A stretch of DNA of 64,000 bases, taken from assembly GCA_963727445.1 (NCBI GenBank), contig CAVSGI010000020.1:96001-160000 (forward strand), written 5' to 3'. The translations under genes and the position numbers were made by a program. Of the stretch, positions 19,467 through 29,867 are shown piece after piece. The DNA is from an uncultured delta proteobacterium. Its GTDB lineage: Bacteria > Myxococcota_A > Polyangia > Polyangiales > B10-G4. A model generated the notes under the pieces. The model made no database searches. It was given only the letters and a program-made list of their open reading frames with translations, and was not told the origin of the DNA. Position 1 is the stretch's first letter; the number at the start of each line of letters is the position of its first letter.

Positions 19467-21647
19467 CCGAGAGCGGGCCGCCCGAGAAGAAGCGCGAAGC
19501 GCGCGCGCGTGGCGAGGAGTCGTGGCTTTCGACAGTCGCCCGGATGCTGGTGCACGGCATCACGGCGGCGGTCTTCACCTTTCCCCTCACCGTCGTCGGC
19601 GCCTGCATCGCGGCGGGCGTCGGGGCGGCCGCGGGGGCCCTGACCGCGCGCTTCGTCGCGAAGAGCCGGCTCCGGAGCACGGCCATCCTGGGCCTCGGCG
19701 CCCTGGGCCTCGTGCTGGCGGCCGCCATCGCCACCTGGTGGGGGCGCACCGACCTCGCCGCGGCAGCCCTCGGGCCCGGCGGCGCCATCCGCGTCGGCGA
19801 CGGGCTCCTCCTCGGTCTCGGCGCGCTGGTGATCTCGACCACCCTGCGCTCGCTGACGCTTCGACGGCCGGCGCTCTCCGCCATCGAGGTCGGCTTCGTC
19901 GCGCTCGCCTTCGCCCAGCTGGTGATCGCCCACGAGAACGGCGCGATCAATCGACCCTTCGAGGTCGCCGACCCGATCATCGCCCAGGGGGGCGATCCGA
20001 CGGTCGCGATGATGGCCATCGGCGGCGTGGCCGCCGCGGTGCTCCTGCTCCTGCTTCTGAGCGAGCGGAACCTCGTGCGTGGCGTCTTTCACCTCGCCGC
20101 GGTCGGGCTCCTCCTGCTCTTCGGCCTCTTCGTGGTCGGCCTGATGCCCGAGCCCACCGTGCCCGAGACCGGCGGCGGGCTCGGCCTCCGCAGCGACGAG
20201 TCGGACGAGGAGAGCCAGCGCCAAGCAGGAGGCGGGGCGGCGCAACAACGAGCAGCTCGAGTTCCGCGACAACTACGACAGCGCGCAGAACCGCGTCCCG
20301 GTCGGCGTGGTCCTGCTCCACGACGACTACTCGCCTCCGACGGGCGTCTACTACCTCCGCCAGGGGGCCTTCAGTCAGTACAACGGACGGCGCCTGGTCG
20401 CTGCGACGCGCGGCGACGTCGACCGGGACATCGCGCGACACTTCCCGACGTCGGCCATGGAGATCGACGACGCACCGGAGGCGGGCCTGTGGCGCGGCAC
20501 CCTCGAGACCACAGTGGCGCTCCTCGCCGATCACAACCGCCCCTTTGCGATAGAAGCGCCGATCGAGCTCCGCCCCGAGCCCAACCCCGATCCGCGCCGC
20601 TTCAAGCGGATGTACCGCGCCGTGAGCGCGCCGCTCACCGCCGATTACGTCTCGCTGCTGGGCATGCCCGTCGGCGACGAGCGCTGGAGCGACGAGGTGC
20701 GCGCGCACTACACCGAAGGTCCCTCGGACCCGCGCTACGCCGAGCTCGCCGAGCGGATCATCGCCGACCTCCCCGAGGACCTCCGTGAAGACCGTGTGGC
20801 CCGCGCGCTCGCGGTCACCGGGTACTTGAGCCACGAAGGCACCTACAGCCTTCGGAGCAGTCACGCCGACGCCGAGGACCCCACGGCCAGCTTCCTCTTC
20901 GGCGACCTCACCGGCTACTGCGTTCACTTCGCTCACGCCGCTGTCTATCTGATGCGCGCCCTCGACGTGCCCTCGCGCGTCGCCACCGGCTACGCGGTCG
21001 ACGAGGCCTCGCGGCAGGGGGGCTCGGCCATCCTGGTGAGCGGTCAGGCGAGCCACGCGTGGCCCGAGATCTACGTACAGGACGTGGGCTGGGTGGTGGC
21101 GGACGTCGCGCCGGAGACGGTGATCTCGCCGCCGCCCGGTCCCCCCGATCCCGATCTGCAGCGCCTTCTCGCGGAGCTGGTTCGCGGTCAACGGCCGCTC
21201 CCGGTCGACGGCCGGCCTCCCGCCGACATCGCGGGCGCGGTGGAGACCTTCCTCGCCTGGGCGGGCCGCGTCCTCGGCGGTGCGTTCGTGCTCGCCTTCT
21301 TCTTCGTCCTCCTCGGTCGCCTCTACCGGCGCCTCGGCGCGGTCTTCGCCCGGCAGGACTACCGGCGCGTCTATCTCGCGGCCCTCGACACCCTGAGCGC
21401 TGTCGGGATCCGTCGGGCCTACGGCGAGTCGCGCGAAGCCTTCGCGCGCCGGGTCGCCGCCCAGCTCCCGAGCTTCACGCCGTTGACGCGCGGCCACGTG
21501 GGAGCGAGGTTCGGCCGAGCGGGCGGCAAGGCAGGCGACCCGAGCGCCCTGTTCAAAGCGCTTCGGCGCGAGCTGAGAAACGCGGTGCCCCGATGGCGTC
21601 GCATCATCGGAACGTTGAGCCCGTGGACGTGGCTCTTTTCACGCTGA
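19463..21647 (+). CDS. Multi-TM transglutaminase-like protein (TgpA-like), frameshift at about 20230
   Basis: GTGA overlap with the DUF58 gene, TM-rich N-terminus, Cys-His-Asp triad GYCVHFA...HAWPE...GWVVAD. Confidence 0.85.
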
Positions 21648-21659
21648 GACGAGGAAAGC

Positions 21660-22692
21660 ATGCAGAGCGCGAGCATTTCAGAAGCGGAAGAACGAAGCCC
21701 GAAGAGCACGGAGGGCCTCGAGGTCGCCTCGCGCGTCGTCGAGCGACTTCAGAAGCGGCTGCGCGCCGCGATTCGCGGGCGCGACGAGGTGATCGATCTC
21801 GTGCTCACCGCGCTCCTCGCCGACGGGCACGTGCTGCTCGAGGACTTCCCCGGCTCGGGCAAGACGACCCTGGCGCGTGCGCTCGGCGAGGCGATCGACG
21901 ACGACTCGGAGATCGAGGGCATCGCGGCTTTTCGGCGCATCCAGTTCACGCCCGACCTGCTGCCGAGCGACATCACCGGCACCAACGTCTTCGAGGTCGA
22001 GACCAGCGCGTTCATCTTCCGGCGCGGGCCGATCTTCGCGCACGTGGTGCTCGCCGACGAGATCAACCGGACCTCGCCCAAGGTGCAGGCCGCGATGCTG
22101 GAGGCGATGGCCGAAAAGCAGGTCACCGTCGACGACGACACCCATCGCCTGGACGACCTCTTCTTCGTCATCGCCACCCAGAACCCGCTCGACCTCGCCG
22201 GGACCTATCCGCTGCCGACGCCGCAGCTCGACCGCTTCCTGTTCAAGCTGGTCATGACGCACATCGAGCGCGCGTCGGAGCTCGAGGTGCTGGACCAGTA
22301 TCCGACGCCCAGCCTCGAGCACGCGAGCGGCATGCCGGGGGTGACGCGCTCCGAGATCCTCGAAGCGCGCGAGGCGGTGCGCCACTCGGTGCGGATCGAT
22401 CCGCTCTTCAAGGAGGCGCTCGTCGATCTAGCCAATGCGCTTCGGAGTGACGAGCGCGTGCTGCAGGGGACCAGCACCCGCTCGCTGGTGCTCAGCCTGC
22501 CCGCGCTCCAGGCGCACGCCGTGGTTCAGGGGCGAGACTACGTCGCCCCCGAGGACCTCGAGCGCCTCGCGCCCTACGTCTTCGAGCACCGCATCGAGTG
22601 CGCCGCCGGCATCGACGACGCCGCGGCCGTGGTGCGCGACTGTGCCAAGGGGCCCGATCGATCGGCTGGCCAAGGAGAGCTTGAAGGGGTGA
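21660..22692 (+). CDS. moxR: MoxR-family AAA+ ATPase, probable +1 indel at about 22650
   Basis: EDFPGSGKT, RIQFTPDLLPSDITG, ADEINR, ATQNP, LDRF. The natural end PIDRLAKESLKG-TGA lies in the adjacent frame. Confidence 0.9.
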
Positions 22693-24696
22693 GTCGTCTC
22701 CGCCGCACCGCCGGGCTGACCTTGATCGCCGCGCTCCTGTCGGTCGCTGCGCTGACTCACGCGCAGCCCGAGATGGACGAGTTCGACGCGGCGCTCCTCG
22801 CTCCGATGGACGGGGAGGAGGCGACGCCCGACGAGCTTCGCGCCTGGCGCATGGCGGAGCGGCAGCGGCACATCAAGGCTCGCGAGCTCGCCGACGGAGA
22901 TCGTTCGAGACAACCCGCACAGCTACGTCGGACATTTCGTGCTGGGATTCGTGCAGCACTACGCCGAAGCGAACTTCCCGCGTGCGCTCTACCACCACGA
23001 GATCGCGCCTCCGCAGTTCGAGCAGGAGTACGGCGACCGACCCGTGACGCCCGCGCCATGGCGCTGGCACGCGCGCCTGCTCCGCGAGCTCGCCTTCACC
23101 CACGGCGACCTCGAGCACCACGCCGAAAAGGTGGCCTACCTCGATCGCTACAACGAGCTCTACGAGCCCGACATGATCGCCGAGCGCGCCTGGCCGCTGA
23201 TGAAGATGGGCCTCTACGAAGCGGCGCGGCAGGCGGCCGAGGAAGGCCTGACGGAAGGCTCGCCGCGCCAGGTGGAGGTCGCGCTCAACGCGCTCTGCGC
23301 CATCGAGTTCGAGGCGGGCCACGACGGGGCGAGCTACGAGGCGTGCAAGAACGCGCTCGACTACGGCCGCGCCAAGCCGGGCGGTCCCAACGCCGTCGAC
23401 CTGACGAACTTCGCCGAGGCGGCGCGCAGCCTCTTCAAGCTCGACGAGGCGGAGCGCATCGGCCTCGAGGCCACGGAGGCCGAGGTCGCCTGGTACGGCA
23501 ACCCGTGGATCGAGTTGGCCGAGCTCTACATGCGCGAGGGGCGCTTCCCCGAGGCGCTGAGCGCGCTCAAACAGGTGCCGGCCTATCGCGCGCAGCGGCC
23601 GCCCCACGTGCGCGACGCCGACCGCAACGAAGGGCGCCGCGCGCTGTCGAGCTTCTTCGTCGTGGTCGGTCGCGACGAGGACGCGCGGCGCATCACCGAA
23701 AAGGCGCTGATCGCGCCCGACCGCCGCGCGCACAACAGCCGCGACCCGAAACAGGACCTGGCGATCGCGGCGCTCCTCGATCGGCGCGCGAATCTGATGG
23801 CGGCCGAGCGCGTGGTGGAAGAGGCGTCGGCGCGGCCCTTCTGGGAGAACCCGCCGCGATGGGCGGAGGCGGTGTGGCTGCGCGCCAAGGCATGGATGAG
23901 CGGGCGACAGGCGGCGCGGGCGATCGCGGACGACGCGCGCCTCGTCGGCACCTTCCGCATCGGGAGCGCGCGCGGGGCGATCATGCCGCCCTGGCTCGCG
24001 GGCGAGTTGGTCGACGTCGCCGGTCCGGGGATCGTCGCCGAGTCCGTCCGCCTCGCGCGGGAGGAGGACGACCGCGAGGGGGCGGTCGCATATTACGATG
24101 CCTTCGCCGCCGAGGCGGCGCTCTCGGCGGGTGACGAGGGCGAAGCGCGACGGCTGGCGGCGCGGGCGCTCGAGGCGCTGAATCCGGCCGAGGCGCTCTT
24201 GCGCGCCCGGGTACATGCGGTGGCCGCCGAGGCGGCCGTGCGCGAGGGGGAGGAGCGCGGCGCGCTCGCCGACTACGAGACGGCCTTCGGGATCGATCCC
24301 GGCGTGTTCCGGCGTCTGGGCTTTGCCGTGCCGGTGCGCATCCGTGAGAGCGGCGGGAGCGTGGCGGAAGCCGTGGGCTCGGCGATGCGCTGGTCGCCCC
24401 GCTTCTACGAGAGCGAGGTCGGCCTGACGATCCGCATCGAGAGCGACGGAGCCACCGGCGAGGTCTGCCTCGTCGGCCCGAGCGGCGGGGTCCTGGGCTG
24501 CGCCGATGCGACCCGCGAGACCGCAGAGGACGAAGAGCGGTTCGCGGCGCGCCTCGCCGACGCCTTCCATGAGGCCGCCTTCGCGCCGATCATCTCGCTC
24601 ACCCAGGCCGACGCGAACAGCCTCGACGGAAGCAACCGCGTGACCCGCGATCCCCTCGAAGGCCTCTTCGAGCAGGTCGAGCCGCCGACGGATTGA
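22689..24696 (+). CDS. Secreted TPR-repeat protein, frameshift at about 22895
   Basis: GTG overlaps the MoxR stop; signal peptide ...AALTHAQ; the helical repeats continue in ORF 22939..24696. Confidence 0.75.
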
Positions 24697-24702
24697 GCGG
24701 GC

Positions 24703-25053
24703 TCAGCCGCGCCCGCAGGCCGCGAGCACGGCGTCGGGCGGTCTGGCGATGCCGATCCCTCCGTACCCTCCGAGCGAGCGAACCTGTCGCTGCGCCTGGG
24801 CCTGCTCCTCCTCGTCGATGCGCTCTCCGCGCGCCTCGTCGGCATCGGCGAGGACGCGATCGACGCGAGCCAGGCGCGCGGTCTCCGCTTGCGGGTCGTA
24901 GGCGACTGGATCGCTCGGCGTCTCGGTGACGGGCGTCGGCGCGATCGGCTGGGGCTGGGGTGGATCGGCCGGCCCCGAGCTGCTGCAACCCGCCACGGCT
25001 GCCGCGAGCAGCGGGCCACGCACGACCGTCAACACCGAGTTGGGGATACGCAT
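24703..25053 (-). CDS. Small lipoprotein-like peptide ending in ACGRG; candidate MNIO-type RiPP precursor
   Basis: MRIPNSVLTVVRGPLLAAAVAG-C, Pro-rich linker, C-terminus VLAACGRG-stop; AGGAG 8 nt upstream. Confidence 0.7.
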   Translation of the reverse strand: MRIPNSVLTVVRGPLLAAAVAGCSSSGPADPPQPQPIAPTPVTETPSDPVAYDPQAETARLARVDRVLADADEARGERIDEEEQAQAQRQVRSLGGYGGIGIARPPDAVLAACGRG

Positions 25054-25064
25054 CGCCATCGCTC

Positions 25065-26252
25065 CTAGGTGCAGGTCCCGCCGACGCAAAGCGAACCGGG
25101 CGAGCACGCCGTGGCGCAGGCGCCGCAGTGTTCGGGGTCGAAGTCGAGGTCCACGCAACCCGCCGAGCTGCCACACCAGTCGAAACCGAAGCTGCAGCGA
25201 CAGGACCCGGAGCTGCAGATCCGGTAGCCGCCGCAGTCGTTGCCGCAGCTCCCGCAATGGTAGGGGTTCGCGTTGGTGTCGACGCAGAGCGTGCCGCAGA
25301 GCGTGAAACCGGCGGGACACGTGGGCTGGCAGGTGGCGGCGACGCACAACTCACCCGTCGTGCAGGCATTGCCGCAAGCGCCGCAGTGGCTGGGGTCCGA
25401 CGTCACATCGACGCAGGCGCCACCGCAGGGCGTCGCCGGCGGCTTGCAACGACAGACTCCGTCGTCGCAGTACTGGTCGGAGTCACAGCGGTTGCCGCAG
25501 CTCCCGCAGTGGTACTCGCTGATCCGCAGGTCGGGACAGAAGGGGCCGCACGACGTGTAGGCCGGCAGGCACTCGCAGCTCCCGCCGTTGCAGGTCTCGT
25601 AGCTGCTGCAGGACGTCCCGCAGGAGCCGCAGTGGCTCTCGTCGGTGTTGGGATTCACGCAGGTGCCGCCGCAGCTGATCCGGCCGGTCGGACAGCCTCC
25701 ACCGTCCGAGACCATCGTGTCCGCGGGGCCCGTATCCATCACGGTGGAGTCGGGGGGGGCCGTATCCGACACCGTCGTGTCGGGCACCCCGGTGTCGGGC
25801 ACCCCGGTGTCGGGCATCGAGCTATCCATGCCGCTGTCGGCGACGCCGCAGGTGCCGTCAGTGCACTCCGCGAGCGGACACGCCGCATCGGGGGCCGCGG
25901 CGAGCGCGAGCTCCACCGTCACCGGCTCCTCCGCGGCGAGCGGAAGCGTCGCGCTGGCGCTGCCCGTCGCGAACCATTCGCAGGCGTCGTTGCGGGCACG
26001 GCCGGCGAAGCAGTACTCACCGCTGCCGAGGCGAGGGGGCGCCTCGGGGCTGCCGGTCGGTCCGAGCTCCACCTGATAGAGCTCCTCGGTTCCGGGGCAG
26101 GCGCCGCGGGTGATGGTGGCTTCGATCGCGCGAACGTCGGCCGCGTTCACGCCCGCTCCGAGGGTGAAGCGCCAGCTCGCGGCGTGGGGATCCGCGTTAC
26201 AGCCCGCAGCGATCCACAGCGCTGCCATGGCGATGGCGACTCTCCGACCCAC
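25065..26252 (-). CDS. Lipoprotein with an N-terminal beta domain, DT/SG linker and about 5 Cys-rich HCGxCGxxC repeats
   Basis: IAAG-C lipobox; repeated CVDxxxDxxHCGxCGxxC. Confidence 0.85.
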   Translation of the reverse strand: MGRRVAIAMAALWIAAGCNADPHAASWRFTLGAGVNAADVRAIEATITRGACPGTEELYQVELGPTGSPEAPPRLGSGEYCFAGRARNDACEWFATGSASATLPLAAEEPVTVELALAAAPDAACPLAECTDGTCGVADSGMDSSMPDTGVPDTGVPDTTVSDTAPPDSTVMDTGPADTMVSDGGGCPTGRISCGGTCVNPNTDESHCGSCGTSCSSYETCNGGSCECLPAYTSCGPFCPDLRISEYHCGSCGNRCDSDQYCDDGVCRCKPPATPCGGACVDVTSDPSHCGACGNACTTGELCVAATCQPTCPAGFTLCGTLCVDTNANPYHCGSCGNDCGGYRICSSGSCRCSFGFDWCGSSAGCVDLDFDPEHCGACATACSPGSLCVGGTCT

Positions 26253-26312
26253 ACCGCGATGATAGTACGGAAAGCAGCCCCTGGCCCAGGTGCCTGGCTG
26301 GCCCTTCGGGCC

Positions 26313-27488
26313 TCAGCTTCCGGCTTGCCGGCACGCGGTCGAATAGGTTCCACAGCAATCCTCGCAGGAACGCGGGTCCACGTGGAAGTTGAGCCAACGG
26401 CCGTCGCGGCAGACCTGGGAGACGTTCGAGCCCAGGCTCGGGCTCTGGACGCAGCGCCACGCTTCGGGCGTGGAGCAGCTGCCGCCGTCCGTGGTCGACA
26501 TGTGGCCCTCGACGCTGCAGCTGGCCGTCGGGCACGCTCCACAGTCGGCTGCGCACGAAGAGCAGGACTCGGTGCTGTCGCAGGTTCCGTCGCCACAGGA
26601 CGGCGTGGCGGGGCAGGCACCGCAATCGGCCGCGCACGAGTCGCAGGACTCGGTGCTGTCGCAGGTTCCGTCGCCACAGGACGGCATGGCGGGGCAGGCG
26701 CCGCAATCGGCCGCGCACGCGTCGCAAGTCTCCCCGCTGTCGCAGGTTCCGTCGCCGCAGCTCGGCGCGGGCGGGGGCGTCGTGCCGCCGTCATCCGACG
26801 CGGCGAAGAAGAAGTCCTCGCCCATGATGTCGAGGACCTCCTGGTGACAGCGCCGATAGCGTGCCGAGCGCGAGGCGTAGATACTGCACGAGCCCCGCAT
26901 GCAACCGTTGTAGTAGCCGGTCACCGTGTCGATCCACTCGTCGTAGCCTGCGCTCCCCGGGCGAATGCGGTTCATCCAGTCGAGCGCCTCCTCGCGCGTG
27001 GATACGCCCGAGACGAAGCGCGAGCGGACGACCATGTCGGTGGTGAAGCGCACCGCCGCGTCGATGTTGCCGTCCAGCGTCAGGATCCCCCGCCCCTCGC
27101 GCCGCAGGGTGTCGTCGTAGTTTCCGGCATCGAATTGGAAGAGCCCGAGGCCTCCCTGTCGCCGCCAGCAAGCGCCGTCACCAGAGCCTGCGATCACCGG
27201 CCCGCCGCCGCAGCTCGAGCTGGCAGGTCCGCGGCAGGCCCAGGTCGCCTCCGACCAGCAATGCGCCAGCTGCGTCTCGCACTTGGCGATCGAGGACAGC
27301 AGCCAGTGGTTGTCCAGGCCCTGGCGGATGCTCTCGTCGCGCACCGCCGTCAGGCGCGCTTCCTCTTGCGACCGGGTGAGCTCGGTTCCGAGGGTGTCGA
27401 AGGGGTTGTCCTCCGAGTCGGCCATCTCGGCTGCGCAGCCGAAGAAGAGCGGGATGACCAAGACTAGGCTTGAGTACGAGAGGCGCAT
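26313..27488 (-). CDS. Lipoprotein with a lysozyme/SLT-like domain and three 27-aa Cys-rich repeats
   Basis: LFFG-C lipobox; motifs AKCETQ, GLFQF, YYNG; SCGDGTCDSxExCxxCAADCGAC x3. Confidence 0.75.
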   Translation of the reverse strand: MRLSYSSLVLVIPLFFGCAAEMADSEDNPFDTLGTELTRSQEEARLTAVRDESIRQGLDNHWLLSSIAKCETQLAHCWSEATWACRGPASSSCGGGPVIAGSGDGACWRRQGGLGLFQFDAGNYDDTLRREGRGILTLDGNIDAAVRFTTDMVVRSRFVSGVSTREEALDWMNRIRPGSAGYDEWIDTVTGYYNGCMRGSCSIYASRSARYRRCHQEVLDIMGEDFFFAASDDGGTTPPPAPSCGDGTCDSGETCDACAADCGACPAMPSCGDGTCDSTESCDSCAADCGACPATPSCGDGTCDSTESCSSCAADCGACPTASCSVEGHMSTTDGGSCSTPEAWRCVQSPSLGSNVSQVCRDGRWLNFHVDPRSCEDCCGTYSTACRQAGS

Positions 27489-27501
27489 GCCGGGCTCCTT
27501 C

Positions 27502-27516
27502 GCAACCCCCGTTCCA
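27502..27516 (-). promoter_or_regulatory. Sigma-54 promoter
   Basis: TGGAACG-GGGG-TTGC, 13 nt before ATG 27488. Confidence 0.6.
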
Positions 27517-27640
27517 GGACGGATTGGGGGGAAAAGGGAACAATTCCGTTCCGCCTCGTGCAGTCGACCCACGGGTTGGAACACCCCGGAAGCGGTCTCT
27601 GGTCTCCACTCGGGCCCAAGACTCTGATAACCAAGCGTGG

Positions 27641-29149
27641 GTGTTCGGCGACTGGTTCCGATTGGTGATTCAGCAAGGGGCCTACACCTCCCTCGGGGGT
27701 GTAGGCATCACCATCGCCCTCGTCCTCTTAATCCTGCTCCGGGTTTTGCTGCCGGAGTCGGAGCGCAAGCAGATCCGAATTCCGCTGCTCCTGCTCGCGG
27801 GCAACATCGCGATCGTCGTCTTCCGTTCTCTCGTCGCGATCCCCCAGGGCCTCGACAAGCCCCTCGCCGCGGTGGGCCTGGTGATGATCCTGGCCTGCCT
27901 CGGTCGCTCGGGCTTCCTGCTCCTCGTCGACTATCTGGTGGGCCGGCGGCTCGCGCGTCCGCTCCCGAAGATCTTCCGCGACATCATCCAGGCGGTCGTC
28001 TATCTCGGCGTCGCCTTCCTCACGCTTCCCTTCTTCGGCGTGGAGCCCGGCTCGCTGCTGACGACGTCCGCGCTGATCACGGCGGTCATCGGTCTTTCGC
28101 TCCAGGAGACCCTCGGCAACCTCTTCGCCGGGCTGGCGATCCAGGCGCAGCGCCCCTTCGAGGTCGGCGACTGGATCCGGTTCGACCTGGACGAGGGCCT
28201 CACCGGCCGGGTCACCGAGATCAACTGGCGCGCGACCAAGGTCATGACCGACGCGCAGGTCGAGGTGATCGTTCCCAACGGACCCCTCGCCAAGGCGCCC
28301 ATCTCCAACTACACGCAGCCCACGCGGGTGAGCCGCCGCGAGGCGATCGTGTCCGCCGAGTACGAGGCGGCGCCCCATCTGGTGATGAAGGCGCTCCTCG
28401 AGGCGGTGAAAGCGACCCCCGAGGTCCTGAACACGCCCGCGCCGGACGTGGTGCTTCACGAGTACGGCAACAGCGGCATCGAGTACCACCTGCGCTACTA
28501 CATTCGAGACTTCGCGCGGCGCGCGGTGATCGATTCCTCGGTGCGCGTGCGCATCTGGTACGCGTTTCAGCGCAATCAGCTCTCGATTCCATTCCCCATC
28601 CGCGACGTGCGCTCCCGCGACATGACGACCGTGGAGGAGCGCGAGGCGGAGGAGACGCGTTCGGCGCGGCGGCGCGCCCTCGAAGGCATCGACTTCCTGC
28701 GGGAGCTGCCCACCGAGGTCATGGACCACCTGGTGGAGCGGACCAAGGTGGCGCTCTTCTCCGACGGAGAGAACATCATCGAGCAGGGCGACGCGGGCGA
28801 CGAGCTCTTCATCGTCAACGAGGGCGAGGTCGCCATCATCGTCAACAAGACCGAGGTCGCCCGGCTGGGTCAGGGGAAGTTCTTCGGTGAGATGTCGCTC
28901 CTCACCGGTGAAAAGCGCACGGCGACGGTCGCCGCGCGCGGGCCGGCGCAGCTCTTCGTGATCTCGAGCGCCGTGATGCGCGAAATGTTGGAGAAGGATC
29001 CGAGCCTCGCAGAGCACCTGGCCGAGGTCCTCGCCCGGCGCAAGGCGCAGCTCGAGGAGCAGAAGACCGGCACCCCGCCGTCGAAGAACGAGGAGAAGGC
29101 CGAGACCAACATCCTGCTCAGCCGGATCCGCTCCTTCTTCTCGCTTTGA
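27641..29149 (+). CDS. MscS-family mechanosensitive channel with a C-terminal cNMP-binding domain
   Basis: IGLSLQETLGNLFAG, PFEVGDWI, GRVTEINWRATK; FFGEMSLLTGEKRTATV. Confidence 0.92.
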   Translation: MFGDWFRLVIQQGAYTSLGGVGITIALVLLILLRVLLPESERKQIRIPLLLLAGNIAIVVFRSLVAIPQGLDKPLAAVGLVMILACLGRSGFLLLVDYLVGRRLARPLPKIFRDIIQAVVYLGVAFLTLPFFGVEPGSLLTTSALITAVIGLSLQETLGNLFAGLAIQAQRPFEVGDWIRFDLDEGLTGRVTEINWRATKVMTDAQVEVIVPNGPLAKAPISNYTQPTRVSRREAIVSAEYEAAPHLVMKALLEAVKATPEVLNTPAPDVVLHEYGNSGIEYHLRYYIRDFARRAVIDSSVRVRIWYAFQRNQLSIPFPIRDVRSRDMTTVEEREAEETRSARRRALEGIDFLRELPTEVMDHLVERTKVALFSDGENIIEQGDAGDELFIVNEGEVAIIVNKTEVARLGQGKFFGEMSLLTGEKRTATVAARGPAQLFVISSAVMREMLEKDPSLAEHLAEVLARRKAQLEEQKTGTPPSKNEEKAETNILLSRIRSFFSL

Positions 29150-29171
29150 GCTCCGGAGGCGGCGCGGCGGA

Positions 29172-29867
29172 TCAGCGCTGGTCGCCCCACAAGCGAACGC
29201 CGCCGGTCATCCCCTCGACGTTGCTGAAGAGACGGACGTTCTTCGGCAGGTCGTCGCTCAGCTTCTTCGCGTTGCCGCCGCCGATGTGGATCAGGTCGGG
29301 GTTGAAGATGCGCTCGATCGTCGACAGGCAGAGGTCGACGCGCTTGCGCCACTTCTTCTTCCCTATCCGATCGAGCTCGTCGTCCGAGACGAGGTCCTGA
29401 TAGCTCTTCTTCTTCTTCAGCGGGTGGTGACCGAGCTCGAGGTTTGGCACCAGGTGACCGTCGAGGTAGAGCGCGGTGCCGAGGCCGGTGCCCAGCGTCA
29501 GCACCATCTCGACCCCCTCGCCCTCGATCACGCCGTAGCCCTGAAGGTCGGCGTCGTTGAGGGCGCGCGCCGGCTTGCCCGTCATGTCCGCCAGGGCCTT
29601 GGCCAGATCGAAGTCCCGCCAGGCCTCGTTGCCGAGGACAGGTGCGGTCCGAACCACGCCCCTCGTGACCACGCCCGGGAACCCGACCGAGACGCGATCG
29701 AAGGACTTCTGCTCGCCGACCATCTTCTCGATCACCTCGAGCACTGGCACCGGCCAGGCGGGATCGGGCGTCAGCTCGCGGTGTCGCTCGTCGAGGGGCT
29801 CACCCTCCGCGTCCACGGGAAGCATCTTGGTGCCCGTGCCACCGATGTCGATCACCAGCGTGCGCAT
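29172..29867 (-). CDS. ppgK: Polyphosphate glucokinase (ROK family)
   Basis: IDIGGTGTK, VGFPGVV, LNDAD, LTLGTGLG, PNLELGH, IGGGN. Confidence 0.85.
   Translation of the reverse strand: MRTLVIDIGGTGTKMLPVDAEGEPLDERHRELTPDPAWPVPVLEVIEKMVGEQKSFDRVSVGFPGVVTRGVVRTAPVLGNEAWRDFDLAKALADMTGKPARALNDADLQGYGVIEGEGVEMVLTLGTGLGTALYLDGHLVPNLELGHHPLKKKKSYQDLVSDDELDRIGKKKWRKRVDLCLSTIERIFNPDLIHIGGGNAKKLSDDLPKNVRLFSNVEGMTGGVRLWGDQR

Noticed and set aside
21660..24134. 824-aa MoxR fusion protein in the ORF track
   Set aside because: An indel near 22650 joins MoxR to the start of the next gene, and the remainder is out-of-frame Arg/Gly-rich sequence.
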